Made by a program: the position numbers and the translations under genes. Below the pieces are notes generated by a model. That model had not been told where the DNA came from. It searched no databases and saw only the letters and a program-made list of their open reading frames with translations. This document shows positions 35,294-45,686 of a stretch of 64,000 nucleotides of DNA, in pieces. Numbering within the stretch: the first letter of the stretch is position 1; every line of letters starts with the position of its first letter. The DNA is from a virus: IMG/VR virus record IMGVR_UViG_3300037258_000161, positions 1 to 64,000 of that record, one strand, 5' to 3'.

Positions 35294-37119
35294 TAGAAGC
35301 CCAGCGAGGATCCGGCAAAAATCCATTTGCCTTTGCTGGAGGAGTAGATGAAGCCGAGGATGTCCCTCGCACTGGCCGTCGCCGTCAGGGACGGTGCCCC
35401 GGCCGTGCCGAAGATGTAGGCGGAACTGAAGGCGACCGTCCGGCCCCCAGTGCCGTCCTGGATGATCTCGAACGTGATCTTCTGGCCGTCCGTGAGGTTG
35501 GTCGGCGTCCCCATCGTCGCGGTACTGGCCGTGAGGGTGAGCCGGAAGTGGTTTCCCTGGCTGGCGTCCACGCTGACCGTCGTGGCGTAGGTAAGCACGA
35601 ACACCCCGGCAGTGAGGGCCTTCGTGGTGGAAACCACGCCAGTGAAGGCAGCTCCTGCCAGGAGGGCCAGGCCCGTATAGGGATGCACGTGCCCGGCGTC
35701 AGCGGGCGTCCCGACCGACCCGGCCGCGGCCGATGAGGCCAGCGCCTGGATGTCTGAGGCCGTGGCATCCGTCAGCGCCGACCATGACGCCGCCGAGCTG
35801 CTCGTGCAGACGATGATCTTGCCGCTGGCAGGCGTCCCAGAGACTGTTACGCCGTTGATCACCGACGTCGTGGGGTGGATGTGGCCGGCATCCGCCGCGA
35901 GCCCGGTAGATCCCGCAGCGCGTGAGCCCAGTGGCTGGATGTCCGTGGCCGTGGAGTCGAGGATGGTGCCCCACGCCGCCGCAGACGAACTGGAGCAGAC
36001 GATCAGCTTCCCCGCAGCTGCAGTCCCCGAGACGGTGACCCCGTTGATGATGCTGGTGGACGGGTGGACATGGTCTGCTGGTGACGCCTGCCCGCTGACG
36101 CCAGGCGATGCGGAACCGAGCGCAGCCGGGTTGTCGCTCGTATCCAGGGTCACGCCCGCAGCGGGAGTGGACCAGGTCGCAGCACTCCCGGACGTGCAGA
36201 CGATCGACTTGCCTGAGGAAGGCGAGCCGGAGACGGTGACCCCGTTGATGATGCTCGTCGCCGGGTGGACGTGGTCGGCCCGCGCGGCCTGCGTGTTCGT
36301 GCCCGCCGCCTGGGTCCCGAGTGCGGCGATGTCGCCGCTCGTGCTGTCGAGCGTGACCCCGGATCCGGACGGCTGCCAGGACGCCTGCCCGGTGCCGTTC
36401 GAGGTGAGAATGTCCCCTGAGGCAGCCCCGTGGGTGATCTGCAGGGGAGAAGTCCCGCTGAGGATCAGGGTGCCGGGGATAGTGCCGCCCGCCAGCGGCA
36501 GAAGCACTGCTTCTGCCGCCTCCGCGCGGGTCGTCTCGGCGTCCACGTACTGCTTCGGCGCGGCCTGCAGGCTCGCGGACGGATTGGCGGGCAGCACGAT
36601 CGCGCCCGTCATGGTGCCGCCCGTGAGCAGGAGCTTCCCGCTCTCCGCAGCCTCGGCCCGCGTGGTCTCGGCGTCCACGTAGGCCTTGGTCGCGGCCATC
36701 AGGGACGTCGTGGGGGCACCGGCAAGGGTCAGCGGGCCAGTGAGCGTGCCGCCCTCGATCGCGAGGTATTCCGCCACCGGAGGGGCCAGCACGACAGCGT
36801 CCAGGCTGGAGATGTCCTGCGTGTCCCCGTCCGCGGAAGGCAGGAAGAAGCTCCATGTCCGGGGGGCGATCCCGGTGATGACTTCCTTGACGGTCCAGAC
36901 CCAGCCCTCAGGGGCGAGATTGGCATCATCCGTCGCGATCAGCGGCACCGAGAAGTGCCCGTCGGGGTCCAGCGTGATACTGATCGCCGCCTGGCGCATC
37001 AGCTGCTGGCCTGCCGCGTCCGTGAGCGGCACGTTCGGCACGAACAGGACGTAGCCCGCCAGGGCGTTGCCGAGCCCGTCGATGTACGTGCCGGTGAGGT
37101 TCACGGTGGTCAGCGCCAC
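35293..37119 (-). CDS. tail fibre with HxH repeats
   Basis: Shared N-module, ATKAYVD/PKQYVD, four H(V/I)HP repeats, C-terminal QDGTGGRT domain. Confidence 0.8.
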   Translation of the reverse strand: MALTTVNLTGTYIDGLGNALAGYVLFVPNVPLTDAAGQQLMRQAAISITLDPDGHFSVPLIATDDANLAPEGWVWTVKEVITGIAPRTWSFFLPSADGDTQDISSLDAVVLAPPVAEYLAIEGGTLTGPLTLAGAPTTSLMAATKAYVDAETTRAEAAESGKLLLTGGTMTGAIVLPANPSASLQAAPKQYVDAETTRAEAAEAVLLPLAGGTIPGTLILSGTSPLQITHGAASGDILTSNGTGQASWQPSGSGVTLDSTSGDIAALGTQAAGTNTQAARADHVHPATSIINGVTVSGSPSSGKSIVCTSGSAATWSTPAAGVTLDTSDNPAALGSASPGVSGQASPADHVHPSTSIINGVTVSGTAAAGKLIVCSSSSAAAWGTILDSTATDIQPLGSRAAGSTGLAADAGHIHPTTSVINGVTVSGTPASGKIIVCTSSSAASWSALTDATASDIQALASSAAAGSVGTPADAGHVHPYTGLALLAGAAFTGVVSTTKALTAGVFVLTYATTVSVDASQGNHFRLTLTASTATMGTPTNLTDGQKITFEIIQDGTGGRTVAFSSAYIFGTAGAPSLTATASARDILGFIYSSSKGKWIFAGSSLGF

Positions 37120-37184
37120 GGAGGCCTCCCGGCATCGCTCAGGGCCGCACCGGGCGGCATGGGACAGGGAGGGCCGGCAGACGG

Positions 37185-37496
37185 CTAATCAGGCCACGCG
37201 GTGACGATGCCTGACGCGCGGTACAGGTACGCGCGCTCCGCGCAGCAGGCCGGCTTGTGGTGCCTGGACACCCGCAGGGCGTGCGCGAGGCCGCGGTCGC
37301 TGTTCGGCTCGAACAGCAGCGTCAGGCAGGCGGGGCAGCGGAACTCGACGTACTGGCCGTTGCAGATCAGCCTGCCCTCGCCGTAGGCGGCCGTGACATG
37401 GGCGAAGCCACCCTGCGCCCGGGGCCCGGCGAGCGGGGGGAAATGCTGGCGCTGGCGCCAGAGATCAGCCAGGACCGCGGCGGTCAGGTGCGGCAT
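37185..37496 (-). CDS. hypothetical protein (CxxC/H/CC)
   Basis: GGGAGG SD; fills the gap in the late operon. Confidence 0.5.
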   Translation of the reverse strand: MPHLTAAVLADLWRQRQHFPPLAGPRAQGGFAHVTAAYGEGRLICNGQYVEFRCPACLTLLFEPNSDRGLAHALRVSRHHKPACCAERAYLYRASGIVTAWPD

Positions 37497-37519
37497 GACG
37501 CCTCCCGTCTGGTCATCGC

Positions 37520-38665
37520 CTAGTCCGGGAGCAGCCCTCCCGCGCCACTGCTGCTGCCCGACGAGGTCACGGTGGACGTCGTCGGGAAGATCGCCGCGAG
37601 GAGATCCGAGAACGAGCTCGCGACGGATTGCATAGGAGTGATGGTCGCCGTCTGGGCCGCATCATCGAACTCGTATTCCCCCACGACGAAGGTGACCGGA
37701 GCCGCGGTGACCTCGCCGCCGTACCCCGCATCGGTGAGGATGAGGCGGCACACCCCTCCGGCGTGCTCGGCGCCGAGGTCAACCGGGACACCGCCCGTGT
37801 TCAGGAGCTGCCCCGGGGCGACGGTGAACGGCCCGGCGAAGTTCGCCCGGTTGTACCGCTTGAGCACCGCGTTCCCGTTGGCTTCCACTGCGCCCGCGGT
37901 CATGACGCCATTGCTGCTCAGGTCGTAGAAGTCCTCGGTGGTCCCGTGCGCGGCGATGTCCGCCGCATTGGTGACGTTCACGGTGCCGTAGGTGGCTGCC
38001 GTGGCCGTGGAGGAGGTGTCGTCGGTGATCTGGTAGTACAGGAACAGGCTGTTGATGTCCGCGGCGACCGTCCTGGCCACGGGGATCGTGCAGACGAGCA
38101 GCCGGTTCACCGTCGTCGGCAGCACCCCGATCGACAAGGTGTTGTCGCGGCGGTCGATGCTCCACCCGAGCGCACCCTGGACGGTAATGCCGGACAGGAA
38201 GTCGGAGATCATCTGTGATCCGGAGTCCACCTGGTCACCGAGCCAGAGTCCGGAGACCCCGGAGACCCCGGGGTTGCGCCAGTTCATGCCGCGGGCTATC
38301 GCCTGGTTGATGTGGTCGTCCGGGTCGTCCCAGGTCGTGTAGATATCGCAGAACTGGGTGGCAAAGGCTCCTGAGCCATGGGCGGCCAGGGTCCAGCCGT
38401 CCGTGCCAGGTGCTGGCTCGTCCATGAGGCCGTTCCAGACAACCCCGGTCCCCCGGTAGATCCTGACGATGCGGCCGGGGTTCAGCGCCTCGGTGCGGAA
38501 TGTGGGGGGCACCTGGAGGAGCGCTGACATCTGGTCGCAGCCGCCCGGGTAACTGAACGAAAATTTCAGTCCGGACACATGGCCGATTGCCCCGAGCCAG
38601 CGCGAGTCGCTTCCATCCTGCTTAGTCGTGAGAATTTGCGAGAGATCTCGGCGCTCGATGGCTAC
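37520..38665 (-). CDS. minor tail protein (baseplate hub/Tal-like); probable non-canonical start
   Basis: GRIVRIYRGTGVVWNG motif and position. The frame is open 29 codons above the GTG at 38578, to a GTA 6 nt after GGGAGG. Confidence 0.75.
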   Translation of the reverse strand, partial: VAIERRDLSQILTTKQDGSDSRWLGAIGHVSGLKFSFSYPGGCDQMSALLQVPPTFRTEALNPGRIVRIYRGTGVVWNGLMDEPAPGTDGWTLAAHGSGAFATQFCDIYTTWDDPDDHINQAIARGMNWRNPGVSGVSGLWLGDQVDSGSQMISDFLSGITVQGALGWSIDRRDNTLSIGVLPTTVNRLLVCTIPVARTVAADINSLFLYYQITDDTSSTATAATYGTVNVTNAADIAAHGTTEDFYDLSSNGVMTAGAVEANGNAVLKRYNRANFAGPFTVAPGQLLNTGGVPVDLGAEHAGGVCRLILTDAGYGGEVTAAPVTFVVGEYEFDDAAQTATITPMQSVASSFSDLLAAIFPTTSTVTSSGSSSGAGGLLPD

Positions 38666-38726
38666 ACCACTCCTCCCGTTTTACGGAGTGGCTGCGTGCC
38701 CGCTCACGACATCGGAAGCACGTGGC

Positions 38727-39143
38727 CTAGGCCAGGATGTTCCCGGCCGTCAGCCTTCCGATCAGCGCATTCAGCAAGTCCGCCATGTCATTGACCGTCG
38801 TGTTCACGCTATTGAACTCGGCGTTCGTGATGTTGTTGCTCGCCCCGGAACCGCTGATCGTCCCGACCCCGGTGTGCGCCTGGGTCCCGGGCACCGCTGC
38901 CTGCGTGACCGTGCCGAGGTAGCTCTGCTGGGTGTTCCCGCCGAGCCGTGTCCCCAGGTTCGTGAGGTTGGTCGTTTGCGTGGTGATGTTCGTGGTGTTG
39001 GTATTGGTCGCCGTCCAGTGCGCCGCATAGTCGGCGCTGACGCGGTTCTTGGTGTTGTTGGCCTTCCGGCTCGGCACCGACCGGCCGCTCGCCATCGCCA
39101 GTGAGACGAGCCAGATGCCGAGCAGGAACGCGAGTCTGCGCAC
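38727..39143 (-). CDS. minor tail/virion protein
   Basis: GGGAGG SD; Asn/Thr coil; LNALIGRLTAGNIL end. Confidence 0.65.
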   Translation of the reverse strand: MRRLAFLLGIWLVSLAMASGRSVPSRKANNTKNRVSADYAAHWTATNTNTTNITTQTTNLTNLGTRLGGNTQQSYLGTVTQAAVPGTQAHTGVGTISGSGASNNITNAEFNSVNTTVNDMADLLNALIGRLTAGNILA

Positions 39144-39161
39144 TGGGCACTCCTCCCTGAA

Positions 39162-41645
39162 TTAGGACAATCTGTCCAGGAACCAGCGCGGCGAGTAGTA
39201 TGCGGCCAGACTGGGCACGCCGGTCATTGAGTAGCAGAGCAGGGTGTTTGCGTTTCCCGGATCCACCGTCAGGGGTCCTCCGCTGACGAACGAATTCGCC
39301 AGCACGGACACCGCCTGCGACCTGCCGAACGCGCTGCCCATCACCCGGCCGAGATCGCGGTCGCTCGCCGGCTCGTCGACATACATGATCGGGTACTCAG
39401 TGGATGGCAGGTTGACCCAGCAGGTCTGTCCCTGAGTGTCGAGGATCAGGCAGTCCAGGTAGCGCGTGCTGGTGAAGTTGTCGGTCACCGCGACGGCGAA
39501 GCTCGCCGCAGTGTTGTCTGGGGCAATGTCTGCGACGGGGAGGGTAAGTTCCCCGATGGTCACCATGCCGTTGGTCACGTCGGTGGAGGGGGTGAAGGTG
39601 CGGCTGACCTGCGCGGTGATCGAAGGTCCGGAGGCATACTCGTACTGGTAGACGGTGATCGTGACGGTGTGCGCGCTGCTCGCGCTGGCCCACGACGCCG
39701 CGGTCAGCATGAAACTGTATGTGCCGCCAAAGCTAGCACTGATGCCGCTGACCAGCGACGGGACCGGGTAGAGGGTTGAGCCGTTCGGCACGTCCCCGCC
39801 GCTGCCCACGGACAGGAACGGCGTCAGCGAAGCGGGCGAATCGGGGCCGGGCCGGTGGGCCACCAAGGTTGAGAATGGCGTCGGGGACGCGTAGGTGATC
39901 GAGACCTGTCCGGCTGCCCCGTTCCCGCCGGCCTTGGCGGTACCGGAGGACCGCGCCCCACCCCCACCGCCGCCAGGAGCCGACCCGGCGGTGCCGTTGC
40001 CACTGCTGGCGGTCTGGCCGTTCCCGCCCTTGCCGCCACCGGAGACTGCCGCGCCTCCCGTGGCGCCGGAGCCGGGATTCCCGGCCGAGATGGGACCGCC
40101 AGCGCTACCAGCACCACCGCCGTGACTGCTCGCTACCCCGGCCGCGCCCGCGCCACCGCCGGAGTGCTGGGTGTTGAGGCTCCCCGTCCCGCCGGGCCCC
40201 GGGGTGCCGTTAGCGTGCCCAGGCTGGCCCGTGTTCGCCTCGACGAGTACGCCGCCGTCGCCCGTGAAGTAGGAGTTCTGCCCGGCATTCCCGTCGGCGC
40301 CGGAGACTCCTATGCCGCCCGCGCCGACGAAGCCGCCGTAGGGGTTGCCGGGCGTGAAGGGGACCTCGGGCTCAAAAGCCCATTCGGCCCCTCCGGCGCC
40401 TCCGCCTACGGCTCCTGATCCGGTTGCGCCACCACCCGCGGATGTTCCCGCAGTGGTGCCGACAGCGCCCGTGGTCACGCCCGCTGGTGCGTCCCAGGTG
40501 AATGCGCCAGGGGAACTGAAGGTGTCCGTCGCAGTCGCGGACGCCTGCTGGAACTGCAGGCTGATGGGTGCCGGAGCGGTCCCGGTGATCCCAGCCAGCG
40601 AGTAGATCGTGCCCCTGGTCCCGGCTGCTGCGGTCGCGGACACCGGGACGGCCTGCAGGTCGTTCAGGTAGGCGACAACGTTGACGAGCTCGCCATTGGA
40701 ACTGTTCCACAGGGAGATCGAGTAGCTGGTGATGTCGTCGTAGGCGAACGACGGGTTCCCCTGCGGGATGTGCGCGGTGATGTAGGTCCACGCCGGCTTA
40801 GAGATGGAGTCGGAGACCGTGACGGACTTGGTGGTGCCCAGCGACAGGGTGTGGCCGGTGCCGTCATGCAGCGTGATCGCGAAGGTGACCGGCGGGAAGC
40901 CCGAGTAGTAGTAGTAACTTGAGCCGAACCCGGCCCACAGTCCCACGGAGACAAGCCCGGTGATATCCACTCCGGCGGCGGATGCCGAGTAGGACGCCAC
41001 CCCTTCGGACCCGACGTCCTTCCCGCTGCCTCCCGAGCCGGGATTCCAGAACGCCGAGTAACTCCCGGTGATCGCCTGCGTGGATTGCGACCAGTCAGTC
41101 CCCGAGACACTGGAGAAGCTGTCCAGCGTCACTGCGGAGGGGGGAGCCGTGGTGCCGGTGATCGGCGAGGAGAAGCTCAGCTGGTTGGCCGTGTCGGACC
41201 GGCCGTACGGGAGCGCCTGGAAGGCGATCTCGATGCCGTCGGAGAACTGCTGCGCGTCAATCAGGTCATAGGCAGGAGTGGACGGGCTGGCGCGGAAGCA
41301 GTCCAGGATAAGCGGCAGGCCGCCGTCCCGGGTCCACGTCAGCGTCCACGTCTGCTGGTCAATCAGCTCGAGCAAGGTCTCACGGGCACCGGCCAGGGTG
41401 GTCCTGTCCGGAGCCGTGATGGCGACCGGGAGTTTGATCGTCCTGTTTGACGCGCGGGTGCCATAGGGCCGCTCGCCGTTGAGGATCAGGCTCTCGACGA
41501 TGTCCACGACAGGCTGCGGGGCGCCGAGGTCGAACCCGGGCGACAGGGTGAACGTGGCACCGTCACACAGCGGGAGCGAGGACTGGACGCCTGCACCGCC
41601 GCCGAGCAGCTCGATCAGGCCCCCGACAATGAGGCTGTCCGCCAC
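39162..41645 (-). CDS. distal tail (Dit-like) minor tail protein with glycine-rich domain
   Basis: Directly after tape measure; NRTIKLPV..., ALPYGRS; Gly-rich insert. Confidence 0.75.
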   Translation of the reverse strand: MADSLIVGGLIELLGGGAGVQSSLPLCDGATFTLSPGFDLGAPQPVVDIVESLILNGERPYGTRASNRTIKLPVAITAPDRTTLAGARETLLELIDQQTWTLTWTRDGGLPLILDCFRASPSTPAYDLIDAQQFSDGIEIAFQALPYGRSDTANQLSFSSPITGTTAPPSAVTLDSFSSVSGTDWSQSTQAITGSYSAFWNPGSGGSGKDVGSEGVASYSASAAGVDITGLVSVGLWAGFGSSYYYYSGFPPVTFAITLHDGTGHTLSLGTTKSVTVSDSISKPAWTYITAHIPQGNPSFAYDDITSYSISLWNSSNGELVNVVAYLNDLQAVPVSATAAAGTRGTIYSLAGITGTAPAPISLQFQQASATATDTFSSPGAFTWDAPAGVTTGAVGTTAGTSAGGGATGSGAVGGGAGGAEWAFEPEVPFTPGNPYGGFVGAGGIGVSGADGNAGQNSYFTGDGGVLVEANTGQPGHANGTPGPGGTGSLNTQHSGGGAGAAGVASSHGGGAGSAGGPISAGNPGSGATGGAAVSGGGKGGNGQTASSGNGTAGSAPGGGGGGARSSGTAKAGGNGAAGQVSITYASPTPFSTLVAHRPGPDSPASLTPFLSVGSGGDVPNGSTLYPVPSLVSGISASFGGTYSFMLTAASWASASSAHTVTITVYQYEYASGPSITAQVSRTFTPSTDVTNGMVTIGELTLPVADIAPDNTAASFAVAVTDNFTSTRYLDCLILDTQGQTCWVNLPSTEYPIMYVDEPASDRDLGRVMGSAFGRSQAVSVLANSFVSGGPLTVDPGNANTLLCYSMTGVPSLAAYYSPRWFLDRLS

Positions 41646-41657
41646 GGGCCCTCCGCT

Positions 41658-44600
41658 CTAGCTGTACCGGCCCTTCTGGGCTGCCGCCTTCGCCACGCTG
41701 TTCAGCACGTCCGCCACCGCGGTTCCGGTTGCCTGCCCGATCTGCTTGGCGTTCGTGGTGGTGAGCAGCCCGATGAGCTTGTTCATCTGCTGCCGCGTGG
41801 CCAGGGTGTTGTCCACCGAGTGGATGTCCCGCAGCTGGGAGACGACCGTGGCCGCCTGGGAGCGGGTGAATCCCGCCTGCGACGTGCCGCCGTTGATGGA
41901 CTGACCCGCACCCCCGCCGCCCGCAGTGCTGGCCACGGCGGTCGCCGCCCCGCCACCCGAGCCGCCGCTGCCCGTGGTCAGCTTGACCTTGATCTTGAGG
42001 CCGACATCGAAGTCCTTGCGGACCTCCTTGGCGATCTCGTCACCAAGATCACGCATTTTCTTCTTGAGCTTCGATTCCTCGGCGGTCAGCCCGGACAGGA
42101 ACCCCTTGGAGATGTTCTGGCCGTACTGGATGTCCGCGGCCCGATTGCCGATCAGCTTGTCTTCCTGGGCAATTTTCTTCTCGTCGGCGTTGATCTCGTC
42201 GATGAGCTTCTTGCCGCCGGCGAGCGCCGCCTTCAGGTAGGTGTATCCGTCCACCGGGCCGAGGGCGATGGCCTGCTCGATGAACGTCTTGTCCAGTCCC
42301 GCTCTCTGCGCCTGCCCGATGATGCCGAAGAAGTTCTGAAGATCCTTCAGGTCCTGTGCGAGCTGGGTCTGGATCCCGGCACCGATCTGGGACGCGGTCT
42401 CGCCCGTCTTGGGTGCGGTGAGACTGGACAGGTCGGAGAACGACCCCAGGTTTGAGGTCACCGAGGAGGCGAACTGCTTCATATTCGCTATCTCGGTTGC
42501 GATGGCCGCCGACTTGTCGGCCAGCTTCTCCAGCGCCGACGTCTGGCTGTTCAGCGTGCCCAGGAGCTGCTGCCGCGCCGAGCCTGTGTAGTACTTGCGG
42601 ACCTCGTCGTCGAGCTGCTTCGCCTCAGACTCGATCTGTGACGCGGTCTTCAGCGACCCGTCGCTGAACGCCTTCGCGATGCTCGCCCCGGCCTGCTGCG
42701 CCGCCTGGAGAGCCGCGGGGGACAGCCGCTTCGCGAGGTCCGCCTGCTGCTGCGCCAGATCCTCGCCGCCGAGCCCACTGCGGCCCCATCCGGGGGCCCA
42801 GGGCGGGAGATTGAAGGTGAAGTTGAAGGTATCCGCACCCTCAACGGCTGACACCGCCCCGCCGATGGCGAAGTGGTGTGGCACGTTCTGGCGCCCGGTG
42901 ACACGCGATCCGCCGTACTTCGCGTTGAGCGCATGAATGGCGGAGGAACCCCCGAGCCCGCGAACCGCCTCCGGGACGAGGATGCCCTCGCCAGGCGAGA
43001 GCATCGCGTGCACCGAGTCAACGCCCGGCGCATATCCCGGGATGACGCCGCCGGTAGCCGCGCCCGGGGCAGTCGGCTTCAGTTCCCCGATCGTCGGCGC
43101 CGCTCCAGTGCTCCCGTGCACGAGCACGTCGATATTGATGGTCTTGGAGTGCAGGGCGGCGATCTGGGCGTTCAGTTCAGCGATGAGCTTCGCCGCGCCC
43201 TGACCGTGCAGCCCGGCGGCGTCGAACTGGTTGACCAGGCGCTGCAGCGGCGCGATGGCCTTCGTCGTGCTGCCCGTGGACGTCAGGATGTCCCCGGACA
43301 GCTTCAGGGCCGCCGCCGCCGCCCCAGTCGATGCAGTCGTCGCGGCTTGCGTCGCCGTACTGTAGGTCCCCAGCCGGCCATGTGAGGCCGCCAGGGCCGA
43401 CGCGAGGGAGGTCTGGTCCTGCTTGAAGGTCACCGTGTCGTTCATCAGGGTCAGTTGCGGGGTAACCAGCGCCGCGAAGGCGTTGTTCAGCGCCGAAACC
43501 TTCTCTGTTGTCGTCGCGGTGGCGCTCCCGAGGATTCCTTCCTCGATCGCGAGCTTCGACGTCGCAGTGGACGCCTGAGCTCCGGCCATGGCGTAGGCGA
43601 TGGTCTTGTTCGCCGCATCCTGGGCGGACCGGCCGCCCTTGGCGAACGCCGACGACGACACCCCGGCCGCCTCGGCGGCCTTGATGGCCTGCGCCTGGCT
43701 GATCCCGAGCGCCTGCTCAACCTCGCCGAGACCGGCTTTCAGGTTCTTCGCCGACGCCGACGCCTGCTGCTGCGCCGTCGCTACCTGACCCTGAGCCTGG
43801 ACGTACGCCTCGGAGCCGTAGCGGCCCTTCTCGAAGCCCGACGCCGTGTCCTGGATGTCCTTGTTCAGCTTCACGGCACCGGAGCCGGTCAGGGACATCT
43901 GGCTGGCCAGCTTCTGGTAGCCCGCCACATTGAAGCCGCTGGCCTGGTCGGCTTCCCGCATCTTGTCAATGAGGCCGGAGAGGGACGGGGTGTCCTGCAG
44001 CGCCACGTACCCGAGGGCACCGATGGCGACCGCAGCGCCGCCGATGAGGGCGGCTGGCGGTATGGCGGCACCGAGGGCCAGCATTGCAGCACCGAGGCCG
44101 CCAGAGCCGATCGCTGCCGCCGCTCCGTCTGCTGCGACAGCGGTTCCCTCGATGGCGGTAGTCCCTGCGGCGGCCTCGGCCGCCGCGGCCGTCGTCGCGG
44201 CAGCCGTTGCCTCCGTGGCGGCAGCCGCGCCCTCCTCGGCCACTCCAAGGCCCTTGTATGCGGCCGTGACCTGCGCCACCCACGCCCACTTGCCGGACAG
44301 GCCGGCGATGACATCCGAGGAGACCGTGAAGTCGGCATTGGAAATGGAGCCCAGTTCAACGGCTGCGGAGAACGCCTTGACGGCCGCCGTGACGCTGCCG
44401 ATTGGGCCGCGGAGTGCCAGGTACGCGAGCCCGGCATCCACGAGGAGGGGATTCGCGCGCAGCAGGGGTGACACGACGTCGGATATGCCAGTCGCCAGCG
44501 CGGTGACCGGCGGCAGGACGGCATGCAGCCCGGCCACGAGATCGCCTGTGAGGGCGCCCGTGATCTGCAGGATCGGGGGCAGGAGCTTGTCCAGGGCACC

Positions 44601-45686
44601 GATCAGGGTGTTCACCAGCGCAACGGACTGCGTGGCATTCCCGTTGGAGGCGAACGTCTGGAAAAGGTCACCCAGGGTCTTGCCCAGCAGCGACGCGGTC
44701 TGCCCGAGTTCGGCTTCCGCCGGCTGCATTTCACGAAGCGCCGAGGTGAACTCCGGCAGGAACTCCGCAGCCCCCTGGTGCAGCCCCGACAGCAGATCTC
44801 TCAGCCCGGGAAGGCCGGCCTGGAAGGCGGCTGCCACTTCCGGGGTCAGCCCCTCAAGGCCCGTGGCGAATTCCTGCAGCGAGGGCAGGAGTTCGGTGGC
44901 AATGGGGGCCAGTTCGGTGATGGCCTCGTCCTTGACCCCGGTGAACATCGAGGTCACCGCGGCCTTGAGTTTCGGGTCCCCGGCGATCACCGCGGCGGCG
45001 ATGCCGCCCACGAGCCCCACGCCTATCGCGGCCCCGGCCGCCGGAGCCAGGGCAGCCGCCCCGACGAGGATGCCGGCGATGAGGGTGCCGAGGCCGATGC
45101 CGCCCCCGCCGGCTGCCGAGCCTGAGTCGCTCACCCCCTTGAGGGCAGCGCCAGCCTCAATGGCCTTGTCCCGGACACTGGCGAGGGACTCGGCCTCCGC
45201 CTCATTGGCCGCGGCACTCTCCGCAGCTGCCCCCGCCTCTTCCGCGACAGCACCGGCTAGCTCATTGAGGGCGCCCCCGGCTTCGGCTCCGTCGCGGCCC
45301 ACATTGGCCAGGGCTTCCGCGAAGGCTTCGGAAGACGCGTCCCCGCCGTCCATGAGGCCGGCGAGTTCCTCAACCGAGCCGCCCAGGGCCTGGGTGGTCG
45401 CGGCCACCTGGCCCATCTGGTCCCGCAGATGGGAGGCACCCTCGGAGGTGGTGGCAAGGCTGTCGTCCAGGGTGCCGAGTTCGGCATCGACTTCTGCGAC
45501 ATTGCTGTTGATGTTGAGCTTGGTGTCGGCAAGGGCGGCTTCTATGCCCTCTTTGAGATGATCACCGATCTCAACGCCCAGCTCGTCAGCCTCGGGCAGT
45601 ATCTGGCTTTTAAGCTTGTCTGACCAGCCCTGGGCGCTCGGCACCACGGCGACGGTCACAGACCCGACTTCGCCCGCAGAAGGCAC
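41658..45686 (-). CDS. tape measure protein
   Basis: 1342 aa, Ala/Gly-rich; GSVTVAVVPS start; ATGGVIPGYAPGVDSVHAMLSPGE motif; follows the chaperones. Confidence 0.92.
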   Translation of the reverse strand: MPSAGEVGSVTVAVVPSAQGWSDKLKSQILPEADELGVEIGDHLKEGIEAALADTKLNINSNVAEVDAELGTLDDSLATTSEGASHLRDQMGQVAATTQALGGSVEELAGLMDGGDASSEAFAEALANVGRDGAEAGGALNELAGAVAEEAGAAAESAAANEAEAESLASVRDKAIEAGAALKGVSDSGSAAGGGGIGLGTLIAGILVGAAALAPAAGAAIGVGLVGGIAAAVIAGDPKLKAAVTSMFTGVKDEAITELAPIATELLPSLQEFATGLEGLTPEVAAAFQAGLPGLRDLLSGLHQGAAEFLPEFTSALREMQPAEAELGQTASLLGKTLGDLFQTFASNGNATQSVALVNTLIGALDKLLPPILQITGALTGDLVAGLHAVLPPVTALATGISDVVSPLLRANPLLVDAGLAYLALRGPIGSVTAAVKAFSAAVELGSISNADFTVSSDVIAGLSGKWAWVAQVTAAYKGLGVAEEGAAAATEATAAATTAAAAEAAAGTTAIEGTAVAADGAAAAIGSGGLGAAMLALGAAIPPAALIGGAAVAIGALGYVALQDTPSLSGLIDKMREADQASGFNVAGYQKLASQMSLTGSGAVKLNKDIQDTASGFEKGRYGSEAYVQAQGQVATAQQQASASAKNLKAGLGEVEQALGISQAQAIKAAEAAGVSSSAFAKGGRSAQDAANKTIAYAMAGAQASTATSKLAIEEGILGSATATTTEKVSALNNAFAALVTPQLTLMNDTVTFKQDQTSLASALAASHGRLGTYSTATQAATTASTGAAAAALKLSGDILTSTGSTTKAIAPLQRLVNQFDAAGLHGQGAAKLIAELNAQIAALHSKTINIDVLVHGSTGAAPTIGELKPTAPGAATGGVIPGYAPGVDSVHAMLSPGEGILVPEAVRGLGGSSAIHALNAKYGGSRVTGRQNVPHHFAIGGAVSAVEGADTFNFTFNLPPWAPGWGRSGLGGEDLAQQQADLAKRLSPAALQAAQQAGASIAKAFSDGSLKTASQIESEAKQLDDEVRKYYTGSARQQLLGTLNSQTSALEKLADKSAAIATEIANMKQFASSVTSNLGSFSDLSSLTAPKTGETASQIGAGIQTQLAQDLKDLQNFFGIIGQAQRAGLDKTFIEQAIALGPVDGYTYLKAALAGGKKLIDEINADEKKIAQEDKLIGNRAADIQYGQNISKGFLSGLTAEESKLKKKMRDLGDEIAKEVRKDFDVGLKIKVKLTTGSGGSGGGAATAVASTAGGGGAGQSINGGTSQAGFTRSQAATVVSQLRDIHSVDNTLATRQQMNKLIGLLTTTNAKQIGQATGTAVADVLNSVAKAAAQKGRYS

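Noticed and set aside
25774-37119. Shufflon or diversity-generating retroelement acting on the fibre genes
   Set aside because: All genes are co-oriented; no inverted recombination sites, reverse transcriptase or adenine-variable template repeat seen.
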